DNA of 63,447 bases, filler included, from Octopus bimaculoides (Eukaryota): assembly GCF_001194135.2 (NCBI RefSeq). It is 3 parts of 3 records of this genome, joined end to end, with 100 filler letters (N's around TTAATTAATTAA, not from the genome) between each part and the next. Parts side by side here need not be neighbours in the genome. Positions count along the whole stretch, not along the records: positions 1 to 29,128 come from NC_068987.1; positions 29,229 to 51,684 come from NC_068997.1; 1 more part is not named here. The stretch is one strand, 5' to 3'. The notes beneath the pieces are model-generated. The model was given only the letters and a program-made list of their open reading frames with translations. It was not told the DNA's origin and made no database searches. Shown here one piece after another: positions 25,230-36,809 of the stretch (position 1 is its first letter; every line of letters starts with the position of its first letter). The position numbers were made by a program, and so were the translations under genes.

Positions 25230-26330
25230 CACAAGTTTTAAACACAAAGTGATTTATTCAATCAATGATATAATCACTGTTTCATTCCACTACCTTCTGC
25301 CATCTTGTGGGCAGATCCATTATTCCTTGCTCTAAGAACTTCTTGTTTTACTGGCAAGACACTTTTCCAGATAAATTTTTACAACCTCTTCAGAGTTGAA
25401 GGTCTGTCCATTCAATGAATTTTGAAGAGAACAAAACAGATGGAAATTTGAAGGCACAAAGTTGGGCAAATATGGAGGATGTGGCAAAACTTCCCTGTAA
25501 CTTCTTTCACATCTGCAAAGGAGTGTGCAGTCTGGCATTGTGATGAAAGTCAGTGCCTTTATGATTAGCAAAACACTACATTTAATTTGCTCAATTTGGT
25601 CAATTGCTAGATTTAATTTGTCCAGCTGGTCACAGGACTCATTCAAATTGCTAGTCCTATCCATGGGAAGAAGCTTGTTAAAAACTACAACCTTCCAATC
25701 CCACCAAATTGGGTGAAGTGCTATTTCCCCCATGATCATTTGTGCTCCACATTATTATAGATGACCCATTTTTTGTCCCCTATCACCATCCTCTTCAAAA
25801 GAGGATTGTTTTCTTCATGTTTCTGTAATGAATCACAGATGGAAATCCATTGGGTGAGGTTAGCTTCATTTAGTTGATGTGAAACCCACACATTGAGCCT
25901 GCTGATGTAACCAAGTTGATGCAGATGGTTTTCAACACTTGATTTGGATAATTTGGGGAATATGTGTGATCATTCTGACTGTATGATGGGGGATGATGTC
26001 ACTGTTTATCTCAGTTGGCTGACCAGTATGAGATGAGTGTTGAACTGAAAAATTTTCTGATCAGAATTAAAAAAAAACATTTCTGGTTCACATGCTCCAT
26101 AACAGCATCCTCTCCATACACAGCACATATCTCCTTGCAGGTTTCTGCCACTTTTTTGCCTTTTTAAAAATATAAAAAGCATAAGGTATCAATAATGTTT
26201 ATTTTGGTTCTTCGTTTTCAAGGTGATCCCAAGCACACAAAATACAACCTGCTTCATCACATGTTTGAATCAAACTACATTGAAGTGTCAAGTACCTAAT
26301 GAGTGCACATATGCAGAGACTAGCTGCAGT
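25230..26330 (-). mobile_element. Degenerate mariner transposase remnant
   Basis: EVLPHPPYLPNFVPSNFHLFCSLQNSLNGQTFNSEEVVK in ORF 25332-25739. Boundaries approximate. Confidence 0.8.
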
Positions 26331-26419
26331 TAGCTATTTGTTAGTGTGCTTTAAGTTTACTGCCAATGAAAGCTGAACTGACATTTTGGTCAACTCAACA
26401 TGTGCACGCNNNNNNNNNN

Positions 26420-26475
<56 letters not shown>

Positions 26476-26867
26476 GTGTAAGACATATATACAACTAACT
26501 GAAAAAATTGTTGTTTAGCATCAGGTCAGCAGCAATTCCTGCTGTTGTTGTTGTTTAGCCCCATACCAACCTTGGATGGAGAGACATGATCAAAGAAATA
26601 TAGCTCTGATTATCTTTTGCCTAGAAACAGAAAGCAAATTGAGAAAGGTGATTTTTAGTTGCAACCTTCTCTAATCAAAGTTCAAATCCTGCTAGGATCA
26701 GATTTGCTTTTCATCATCAAAGAATAGATAGAATAATCAGCAATATACTGGGGGTTGTTTCAATCAATTATACTCTTGTTCTACAAATTGATATTTTGGT
26801 GCCAATAGTAGATATTAAAATTGCTGACTCAACAAGAGAGGCAAAATTTAACAGTGAAGTAATAGTC

Positions 26868-26906
<39 letters not shown>

Positions 26907-27449
26907 TGTGTGTGTGCTAGAGCTTGATAAATAAACTAACATATTTTTATGGATATAGTAGAGTGAGAGAGAGCATAATCTATGATAATAGAACTATTGT
27001 AAATACATGGGCAATAACCTAATGTTGAAGTTAACTTTGTTGTATGCTTACCAACTAAAGTATATTTGACTCTGTGAAAGAAGTCAGTTTTTCTGGTATA
27101 GTTGTGTCTATCAATGTTTCTAGTCTATATTTCTCTTTTATAGATCAATGCATGTGTGCTATATGGTGGGTGTATGACTGAATCAATAAAGTGTTGGTCA
27201 AAATACCTAGTGGCATTTGTTTACTTCCTTTTATATTCTGAGTTCAAATCCCAATCTGATTCACTTTGCCTTTCATTTTTCCATTGTCAGTAAAATGCTG
27301 GAATTTATGTAACTGAATATATTCTCAGAGTTGGTGCTCCAACATGGCCAATGCTGAAACCAGTTAAAAAATTAATATGCAATTTAAAATAAATTCTTGT
27401 CCCTGTACAAAGAGCCTCATTTAACCTTCTTTAACATTTTCTCTTTCAG

Positions 27450-27623
27450 ACCCTTGATTATAGCCAAATCTACAAGTCCATGTTGAAACCTGCCTTTGTT
27501 TTTGATGGACGAATCATATTGGACCATCAGGCACTTATCAATATTGGATTTCATGTTGAAACTGTGGGCAAAAGACTTAGTAGGTGGAATGCCTCTCGCC
27601 CAATAGCTACTGCAATGCCTTAA
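27450..27623 (+). CDS. UGDH: UGDH terminal coding exon with stop codon
   Basis: Acceptor ctctttcag. Reads TLDYSQIYKSMLKPAFVFDGRIILDHQALINIGFHVETVGKRLSRWNASRPIATAMP*, with the conserved MLKPAF.FDGR and TAA at 27621-27623. Confidence 0.96.
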   Translation, partial: TLDYSQIYKSMLKPAFVFDGRIILDHQALINIGFHVETVGKRLSRWNASRPIATAMP

Positions 27624-28435
27624 CTCTGTAATGACACACTTCAGTCAACTGGGTGAAATATTCTTTTAGTTCATTTATTTGTTTTTATCTGGGTTTGCTA
27701 GGGAAGGGTGTCATTTTTATTTTATATTTTATTTTTTGCCATTTGTTTTTAAATGATCCCTCTTCTCTTAAATCATGGTTTTAATTATTTCCTCCCCTCA
27801 ATTTCCATGTTATCCCTAACCATCAAACATTCATCTTCTCACTTCTTTTACTTTTTTTTTCAATTTTCATTTTCGTTAGTTTAAGGTAAATTGCTATTAA
27901 GATATCAACAAATCAGATCTGAAGTTTGGTGTCAATCCTCTTCAACTATCACACAAAATGTTCTCCAGAAAGGCATGAACATCATGCAGTCTCTTTATTT
28001 TCCTCTATTGCATTTACTATTTTGTATCTTTTTCTTCTAAGAAATCAATAATACTGTTATTGATTTCTTAGTTCTGTGGAACTGGTAAATACTGAGAAAA
28101 CCATGACACCACCATTAAACAGATTTCAATTCCCATTGGAACCGTTTCCCATTAACCCTTTAAACTCGCCATCCTACCCATCCTCCAGTGTTACTCTGGG
28201 AATTCCTGCCTATTTAACAATATTACTGTTTTTTTTTATTTTTTACATTTTCATTTTCAAAATTTGATGACTGAAATTTTATCACAAATTACTAAGCTAT
28301 ATATATTGGGGAGTTATATTCAGACTGAATAACATAGGCTTTTATTAACCTTTTGCCTAAGGGTGTGTATGCCTGTCAAATTGTCTACAAGTCACATTTA
28401 TGTTTGTATATCTTGTTTTCCCTCAAGGTACTGTA

Positions 28436-29063
28436 AATAAACCCCATCACTCAGTGTACAGTGTGAAAACCCTGTTATAAAACATACTATGTGAGTCCTA
28501 ACTGGCTCTGTTAACATATGTCTGTTTAAGCCATCTTACAGAATGTGTTACTGGCTTTGTTATACAATCTCTACCAACTCTTGATACAAATTATGTGTTA
28601 TTTTATACACTTTAGTATGTATATATGTCATACACATTATAGTGCATATATATGTTAAACATACTGTAGTGTTTATATATGTTATACACATAATAGAGTA
28701 CAAAAATGTCATATACATTAGTGTATATATATATTTAATGTGTATATATGTTACAGAATGTCTGAATCATTATAGTGTTTCTGTTCTATGTTATACACTG
28801 TGGTGTCATGGTTAACAATAGCATCAAATTTTTTAAATGGTATTTTTTATTGGTGATTGGGGTGGGCCTTTTAAAGTAATTCTGTTTCTTAGAATCCATG
28901 GTTCATTTAAAAATGACTTTAAACAAAATTATGTTTGTACATACATGTATGTGTGTAAAAGTATGTGGACACACACACAAATGAGTACTATGTGGTATAA
29001 TTCACAGAATCATGCAGCTATCACAGAAAGTATAATTCTAAAGGAGTCATGGAGTTAAATAAA
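28436..29063 (+). terminator. Candidate UGDH polyadenylation signals (AATAAA at 28436-28441 and 29058-29063)
   Basis: Canonical hexamers downstream of the stop codon. Which one, if either, is used cannot be told from the DNA. Confidence 0.35.
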
Positions 29064-29128
29064 TCTATATTCACCATTCATATCTCTTGACATTATGGTT
29101 ATATATATATATATATATATATATATAT

Positions 29129-29228
29129 NNNNNNNNNNNNNNNNNNNNNNNNNNNNNNNNNNNNNNNNNNNNTTAATTAATTAANNNNNNNNNNNNNNNN
29201 NNNNNNNNNNNNNNNNNNNNNNNNNNNN
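29129..29228. other. Artificial 100-nt scaffold spacer (44 N, TTAATTAATTAA, 44 N); the same construct occurs at about 51685-51784
   Basis: An identical 12-mer with stop codons in all six frames, centred between N runs of equal or near-equal length at two sites. Confidence 0.9.
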
Positions 29229-29539
29229 TGGCTCGCACAGCTCTCACTAACCATTCTTCTATCCCAAGTTTCCTCATTGACCACCAGATAAGGGATCGGG
29301 GGACCCTGTCAAAGGCTTTCTCCATGTCAACGAAAGCCAGGTACAGAGGTTTATCCTTAGCTAGGTATTTCTCCTGCAGCTGTCTCACTAGAAATAAGGC
29401 ATCAGTAGTGCTTTTACCTGGCACGAACCCAAACTGCATCTCATCTAAATTGATTCGCTCCCTAATTAGTTGGGCTATGACCCTCTCTGTAACTTTCATA
29501 ACCTGATCTAACAGCTTGATGCCTCTGTAATTATTTGTA
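29229..29539 (-). mobile_element. RTE LINE RT fragment
   Basis: NNYRGIKLLDQVMKVTERVIAQLIRERINLDEMQFGFVPGKSTTDALFLVRQLQEKY...FVDMEKAFDRVP. Confidence 0.9.
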
Positions 29540-29619
29540 TTAATAATAATAATAATAATGATAATAATAACAGCGAAAAATGCCTTAGGAATAAGAACCT
29601 AGGTTCGAAATTTCCCCAA

Positions 29620-29662
29620 GATACCTGATGAAGGCTAGAAGGTATATCAGCTGAAATGTGTC
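29620..29662 (+). ncRNA. Second copy of the hammerhead motif in the same repeat (about 29578-29710)
   Basis: GATAC-CTGATGA-A-GGCTA-loop-CAGCT-GAAA-T-GTGTC. The GAAA core is intact but stem III is deleted. Confidence 0.55.
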
Positions 29663-29789
29663 AACAACAAACATGAGAACAAATATCCATCAAATATAAA
29701 TAGTGTAAATAATCACTTAAATTATTTGATTATCTTTATTGTAAAACAAGACTTTTATTACAGCAGAATCGTCTTATACACCTGATACA

Positions 29790-31620
29790 GTTAAATAGAT
29801 GGCTGTGGTTGATAAGAGAGACTGTAAATGAAGCCCTTCCATAGGTGAAGACTAGCTCAGTCCTTGCTGTCCCACTCAGGTGAAGCTACAGGCTAAGGGG
29901 TGAGACACTTGTGACCCTGAGACACCTGCTCATTATACAGGAAAAGGATTGGTATAGCTGTCAATTCCAAAATTAGGAGCTACACCCTCCAAGATCTTCC
30001 AAATATATATATCACCGCATATCTCTTTCGTCTTCTCTCCAGGGAATAAAGACTCGGCTCCCGTAGCCTCTCCAAGTAACCCATCGTTTTGCATCGAGTC
30101 AATCTTCTTTGTGTCTTGGTGCTGGATTGCTTTGAGTTCCACAATTTGTTTCACACTCTCTGGGGACTGTAGTTGGGAGCAGTAGTCCAAGCAGCTGAGA
30201 ACGAAAGACCTCCATAGGGATAGCAGGGACTCCATTTTCCTAGTTCTGAATGTCTTCAGAATCCGTCCAGCCACTTGCCTGCACAGTGTTGCCATCTTGG
30301 TAATATGCACATGGAATGTTGCATCATTGCTCATGTGAACCCCCAGGTCATGCACTGACTTTGACTCTGAGATAGTATTACCTTCTAGTCCAGTGTATTC
30401 CGATTTTAGCCTGGTGTATGACCGATAGTGCAGTGCCTGAAATTTCATAGCATTGAACTGCATGCTATTTCTGTTGGCCCATTTGTATATTTCGTTCAGG
30501 TCTTTCTGCAGTTTTATGACGTCCTCTGGGTTCCTAACTGCCTGTGATACTTTTATATCGACAGCATAACTGGTCAGATTGGCTGACTGTACTGCAGGGG
30601 GCATGTCTGAGAGGGCCACCACAAATAGTAGTGGCCCCAGTACAGTTCCCTGTGGGACTTCACTGAGAATTAGTGCCTCTTGAGAATGAGCGCCATTGGC
30701 TACAACTGTCTGACTCCTGCCCTTTGGAAAATCATGCAGCCACTCTCCCAGTTTCCCGGTAATACCAAGGTTTTGCATCTTATGACATATCATGCTATGA
30801 TCAACCTTGTCGAAAGTTTTGGCAAAGTTTAGGTATATCACGTCTACCGGTGACTGGTTTAGCTGTTGCTTCAGTACCCAGTCAAAGTGCTGCAGCAACT
30901 GTGTGAGGCAGCTCCTTCCTGGATGGAAGCCGTGTTGCGTGTTTGTTAGAAGGTTATTTTTTTCTAGGAATGCAATCAGCCTTTTTCTGACAAAGCGTTC
31001 CATTGTCTTGCTAACATGTGAGGTCAGAGAGATGGGCCTGTAGTAGCTTTTAGCATCTGCTCTGTTCCTTCCTTTATGGACACGGCATATTATACACTCT
31101 TTTAGCATATTGGACAGTTTACCACATGCAAGGAAACTCTGAAAGAGTATCTACAGTGGCTTTACAAGAGCCTTTTTACATGTCTTTAAGAGAACAGCTG
31201 GGAGTCCATCTCATCTCATCAATGGCCAATATTACATCCTCTTCGGTTATGTTGATGTAATCGATGGTTGCCTCTTTTCTGAATAGATTAATTACATTGA
31301 CAAACTCCTTCGGCTTGTTTATTTGCATATTTTCCAGAGTGAAAAAGTGAAAACACTTTGGAATTGTTTATTTAGTGCTCCATTTATCTTCCCCGGGTCT
31401 GCGGTTAGTGAGCTGTTTTTAACAAACAGTGGCCCTATCTTATAGGCAGACTCCTTTGCCAATGGTAAGAAGGCTTTAGGATTTCTTTTTATATTTTCGA
31501 CTACCCAGGTTTCTCTTTCTTTCTTTTCCAGGGGAGATTTTGAGTTTATTTTCTATCTGTAGTAAGGTTACTTGCTGAAGAATAAGTACAGCTCCCTTCT
31601 GAACCCCTTTCCTGGCTGCA
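29790..31620 (-). mobile_element. CR1/Jockey-group LINE fragment; RT ORF 29933-31108 (391 aa) with the catalytic motif mutated to YAVD
   Basis: YRPISLTSHVSKTMERF, QHGFHPGRSCLTQLL, YLNFAKTFDKVDH, VPQGTVLGPLLF, YAVD. Outer boundaries are approximate. Confidence 0.85.
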
Positions 31621-31629
31621 TTACTTTCT

Positions 31630-32240
31630 AAAGAACTCTCTCTGTTGTAGTGAGTTCTTTAAGAAAAAAAAAAAAAAGAACCCCCCCACCAACAACAACA
31701 ACAACACACTTCTGCAATGGTAGTACCACTTGGAGATGGATTCATTATTGAAATATGGTGCTGTAACTCTTCAAAACTCATGCTAGTAATGTTGTTCTCT
31801 TTAGAAGTTTTCACTGTAGTTATGCCAATCAACATTCTGTATCTGATAGCATTACCGTCTTCAGATCGCTTCTTGTAGTGTCATGATATTCTTCAGAACT
31901 CCACAGAGACGCTTCAGTCTGTGTGAAGACAAAGAATTCTTAATAGTGGCACTGCTCTCTTAAGAACTCTCATGGTGATAAGGTAACTCTTTTCAGAACT
32001 TTCAGTGATTGCAGTACTGTCTTTGGAACTCTCAGTATTTTAATGTAGCCCTGTGGAGAATTCACATAATGGTAGCATAATGCTCTGAAGAATTTTCATT
32101 GTGGTAATGTAGCACTGCAAAGAATTTTCATTATGGTACTGAAGTACTCTGAAGAAGAATGACTCTCACTGTGATATAGTGGAGTACTCTGAAAGACTCG
32201 TGCTATGGCAGCGGAATTCTTGTGAAGAACTCTTACTCCT
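31630..32240. repeat. Diverged 32-bp minisatellite
   Basis: Units resembling AGAATTTTCATTGTGGTAATGTAGCACTCTGA start at 32057, 32089 and 32121 (period 32), with more diverged units on both sides. Confidence 0.75.
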
Positions 32241-33129
32241 TCTACACCCATGACTAAGATCTTGGATCTCAGCTAGTTGTGTGCTCACATATACATGCAT
32301 TCAAGCCACATAAACATAAACACATGCATGCATGCATGCACACACAACATGCTTCACCCCCTTTCTTCCTCTCTCACATGTGTGCACGGCACTGGATTAC
32401 CGTTTTTCTCTTAAGCACCATCATCCATTCCTATTGAGTGCACTGATCAATAAATTCATTCCAAGATAAAGAAAAATGGTGGCAGAGTGGGAAGAAGGGG
32501 GGGGGAGTAGAGGCGAAGAGTAGGAGTGAGAGGGAGAGGAGAGGGAGAGCCAGAGGAGCAGTTGTTAAAGAGGAGGAGGAGAAAAGAGAAATAGGGAAGA
32601 GATGTGTGGTTTGAGAAGAGGAGGAGTAGTGAGTTAGTGAAGGAGGAGTAGAAGAAACATAAATGAGTGTGTTGTGGGAAGACATAGTGCTGGTGGTGAA
32701 AGAGGAAGAGGAGGAGAAAAGAGGTGCAGGAAGAGGATGGGGAGGGTGGTGGTGGTGGTGGTAAAGAGATGAGGTGCAGGAAGACGATGGGGATGGTGGG
32801 GAGAAAGAGAGGGAGAGAGAGAGAGTGAGTGAGAGGAGAAGAGCAGAGCAGGAAGAGGTGTAGTGGTGGTGGATGGGTGGTGCAGGAAGTACTTGGCCTT
32901 CTGGGTTGAATGGTTTCTATTGATTTCTGAAAATAGTTGCTGCAAAATTTTACAATTTATTGCAGTAATGTTTCATGACATGTTGACTGGGATTAGTTTT
33001 GTGTGTGTGTGCGTACGTGTGTGTGTGTGCATGCATGTGTGTCTTGTCTGAACAGTGGTGGGTGGGTAGGTCTGGATGTGTATGTGCTTCTGGGTATGTA
33101 TATGTGTTTATTTTAGTATGTTTGCGTGT

Positions 33130-33560
33130 ATGTTTTGTCTATGGGTGAGTAGGTAGGTGTCTGGATGCATGTTTGTGTGTGTATATATATATCTCTCAAC
33201 ATGTGTATGTGTGTGCATATTTAGCATGCTTGTAAGTATATGTATAGGTGAAAATCCGCGTCTGTGTAGGTGTGTGTGTATGCACGTGTCTTTGTATCTG
33301 TACGTAGGTGTGTGTGTGCGTGCATGTATCTCTCAACTTGTGTGTGTATGTGTGTATTTAGCATGCTTGTAAGTATACGTATAGGTGAAGATCCTCGTCT
33401 ATGTAGGTGTGTATGTGCCAATGCGTGTTTAGGTGTGTTTGTTTGTGTGTGTTTGTGTATTTCTCAATATGTGTGTGAGTATTTAGTATGCCTGTATGTA
33501 TACGTATAGGTGAGTAGGTGGAGAAGATCCTCGTTGTCTACGTAGGTGTGTGTGTGTCTT
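33130..33560. repeat. Three-copy tandem repeat of about 130 bp built on a GT microsatellite
   Basis: TCTCAA..TGTG..ATTTAG.ATGC.TGTA.GTATA.GTATAGGTGA...ATCC..GTCT..GTAGGTGTG recurs three times. Confidence 0.8.
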
Positions 33561-35329
33561 GTGAATATACTTGATTGAAGAGGTGGTGCGGAGGGGGACG
33601 GTCTGGATGTGTATGTAACGTATGCTTTCACTGTGGTTGTGTGTGTATATACATACTGTGGTTGTGTGTGTGTATTTCCCATGGTTGAGACTGTATACAC
33701 AAGTGTATAATTATATGTGTGTGTTGTTTGAGTGGAGGGTAAGTGTGTGTCTGAGCACGTGTGATTTCAGCCTGGTTGAGTTTGTATGTGTATGCGTGCA
33801 TATGTAGGTTGTGTGTGTGCATGCGTACACACATGCATGTGTAGCTATTCCATCATACTTGTCTGCATGTATTGCTTTGCATATGTATCCATCTTTGTTT
33901 ATATCTTCTTTTAATTGTGTGTGTGTGTGTGTGTGGTGCTCATAGATGGGACTGTCAATGTGTCTTTAGGCATGCTTGTATGTGTGTTTGAGTCTGTAGA
34001 ATCATTCACTGAGTCTGAAGAGTTTAACATTGACTTCATTTCTCCCAGTTCTTTTTCTTTCACCCCCACCCCTTACCTTTTATATTTTGTCTTCTTTCAG
34101 CCATTAGAACGTGGCCATTCTGGGGCACCGCCTTGATTAATTTTCTTTTACTCTTTTATTATTTTACCTGTTTCAGTAATTTGACTGTGGCCATGTGGGA
34201 GCAAACCTCTAGTCAAACAAATCAACCCTAGGACTTATTCTTTGTAAGCCTAGTACTTATTCTTCCAACCTGTTTGATCCTTTTTGAACTGCCCCAAATT
34301 TTCCAGCATGCAAAGTGGGTGCAAAATGTCGACAAGGCTTGAAATGTCAAAGACTTTGTCCATTCTTCCTGATCGTCAAACTTAATACATCTGCTTGTTG
34401 TTCCCTCACTTGTCTTTGTCTTTTGTTTTCTGTATATTTGAGCTATATATATGTGTGTGTGTGTATGTGTGTGTATACCTATACACACACACACATGATA
34501 GGTATTGAGAAATTCCTAACTTTGGGTAAAAGAAAATACAGGAGGATCAGTTAATTATGATTTTATTCAACATATTCCTCTCTCAGACTTATTTTAGTGG
34601 TCCTTCAGTTTTTCTAAGGGCTGCAAAAGAACTCAGAAGCTTGGGCCTCCAACAAGGTCTTAAAGCCAGCCCCCCNNNNNNNNNNCCCCCCCGTATATAT
34701 GTATGCATGCATGCTTTCAGAACCAGTGATATGGTTAGCTGTAACTGGCCGTAACAGTGACTTTGGGTCTGAGCCTCATACGTTTTGTGCAGCTCAATAT
34801 TGATCTTGGATACTGGATAGAAATTTCTGCATGTTACACAAAGGAATCATCAGTCTCTGATGAAGAATCATATTGATACCAGCTGCCTTATGTTGTTACA
34901 CCAATGAAACCAGGAATACTTTGATGCCTTTTTGGTTTGATTACCATTCTGAGTGGTATTTTACTCCAGTGTAGCAGTTAATGGAATGTATGCAGAATGC
35001 TCTCTACCTCCAAGCACATTTAGTGAACTCATCAGTAATTCTTTAACTAAGCCGTAATTGCCTTGGCAGGTGGGGTTATAAGCAAGGAACCAGTGCCTCG
35101 TTTGGCTGTAGCATGGTGGATATCTCTCTTGTACCTGACCAAAGTCTTGCAAATAGTTTACCTGCTGGTTTGGCAAAGCTTCAGTGTCATATTGCATAGT
35201 TTCCTTATAACTTCCTAATTGTGTAAGCATCAGGTGTCTTCATAAATGATTATCATTATAGCTTGTTGTTCTTGGTCTCCCAAAACGTAAGAGTAACTGA
35301 GACGACCTTAGTTAACACAAATCAATAAG

Positions 35330-35630
35330 AGAAGTTGCATTGGTACATGTGAAGGTGAATTCAAGGAAAGATTTTATGATCAGTAGTCATCACTCAAACA
35401 CACTGACAAAGGAAATTCCATGATGTTCACAACCTATGTCTTAAAACTGGAAGTCCATAGCAACAATTACTGCATCAAATAGAGGGGCCTTGAAATGAGC
35501 AAACCCACACACAATTGGATTGAAGAGATGCAGTCTGTGTATTGCAGAGAGAACACACAGTCTGTTTAAATCAAAGAATTCCAATAATTATCTAAATTCA
35601 AGGTTGAAGATATTTACCAGATGTATGACT
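35330..35630 (+). mobile_element. Penelope-like GIY-YIG remnant
   Basis: CIGTCEGEFKERFYDQ*SS and CSLCIAER...YLNSRLKIFTRC. Confidence 0.65.
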
Positions 35631-36482
35631 GAGGGTCTATTCATACTGTCCAATTGGAAAATACCATCTACACTAAATTAATAGCACCACAAATTGGAGA
35701 TCCACTCAAGCAAATATTTCTTTCTCAGTTCTAAACTCCCATTATTTACACTCCACTGTACATGTAGAATCAATGTATTGACTATATCAACTCCCTTATG
35801 TATTTCTTATCAAATTCTTTTAGACATATCTTTTGCCTTGGACAAGATATGCGCCAACATAAAATTGTAAATAAATGTTTTAGACACTGGAGTATATAGT
35901 TCAGCACAACATATATATATAATAGTTTAAAGTTTTTTTTTATTACCAAGCAAAATTGTTAATTTAGTAATGATGGTCCAAGGGGCACTACTTATGTTTA
36001 GCTGCTTCTGAGTTGTTGCACCTTCCAAACAAAAATCACATTTTCTCCTGGAACCACATATGACACCAAAACCAACTTGAAGCTTTGAACAAAACAAACA
36101 GCAAATGAAATGAAAAGTGACAATGTCATGACACAAGCTTAGTCAGATATCTTCCCTGGAAGCACAATAAGCTGTTGTCAATAAATATTTGAGATATTGT
36201 GTATGAAATATCATTCTAAAATGTATTGAGTGATTTTTTTTTGTTGAACCCGTCAACAAAAGGACTGTGTATGAATGATGTATATATATATCAGTGTATA
36301 TCAAATGTAGAACAGTAATAGCTGTAATATTTTGCCTGAGTGAAAGTTCTCTTTAAAACACAGTTTGTTCAGACTGATGTCAGCAGACCATCAGACACTG
36401 GCGTTTATGTTTAATTTCATCTCTTCAGCGACAGACACTCTTGGTTATTTTGAGTTAAATTAGAACTTTTGTTCCATTATAG

Positions 36483-36809
36483 CAGAGGTTCTCAAACATT
36501 TTGAGCCACCGCCCCTTCATGGCCACGTGATACACCCAGCACCCCAACCCCTATTTTTATGTAGAAATAAATATTCTATATTTTACTAATTCATATATAT
36601 ATATATATATACTCTGAATCATTTGATATTCAATATAATATTATATAATTTGTATCATCATCATCATCATACAATACTATAATAATATTATAAATTCATA
36701 GTGTCCCCCAGTCCACTGCCTTTCTCCCAATTCCTCCTTTTTCTCTACTGCTCACCTGGACCCTCTCAACGCCCACCGGGGACAGTAACACCCACTTTGT
36801 GACCCTATG
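36483..36809. mobile_element. hAT (Charlie-like) MITE, 327 bp
   Basis: Left TIR CAGAGGTTCTCAAAC; right TIR matches 11 of 15. Exact 8-bp TSD CATTATAG at 36475-36482 and 36810-36817. Confidence 0.8.

Noticed and set aside
29173-29184. TTAATTAATTAA islands inside N runs (also 51729-51740)
   Set aside because: Artificial six-frame-stop spacer in a 100-nt gap, so not biological.
34850-34915. CTGATGA ... GAAAC upstream of the 35.3-kb Penelope remnant
   Set aside because: No convincing stem II or cleavage triplet could be formed.
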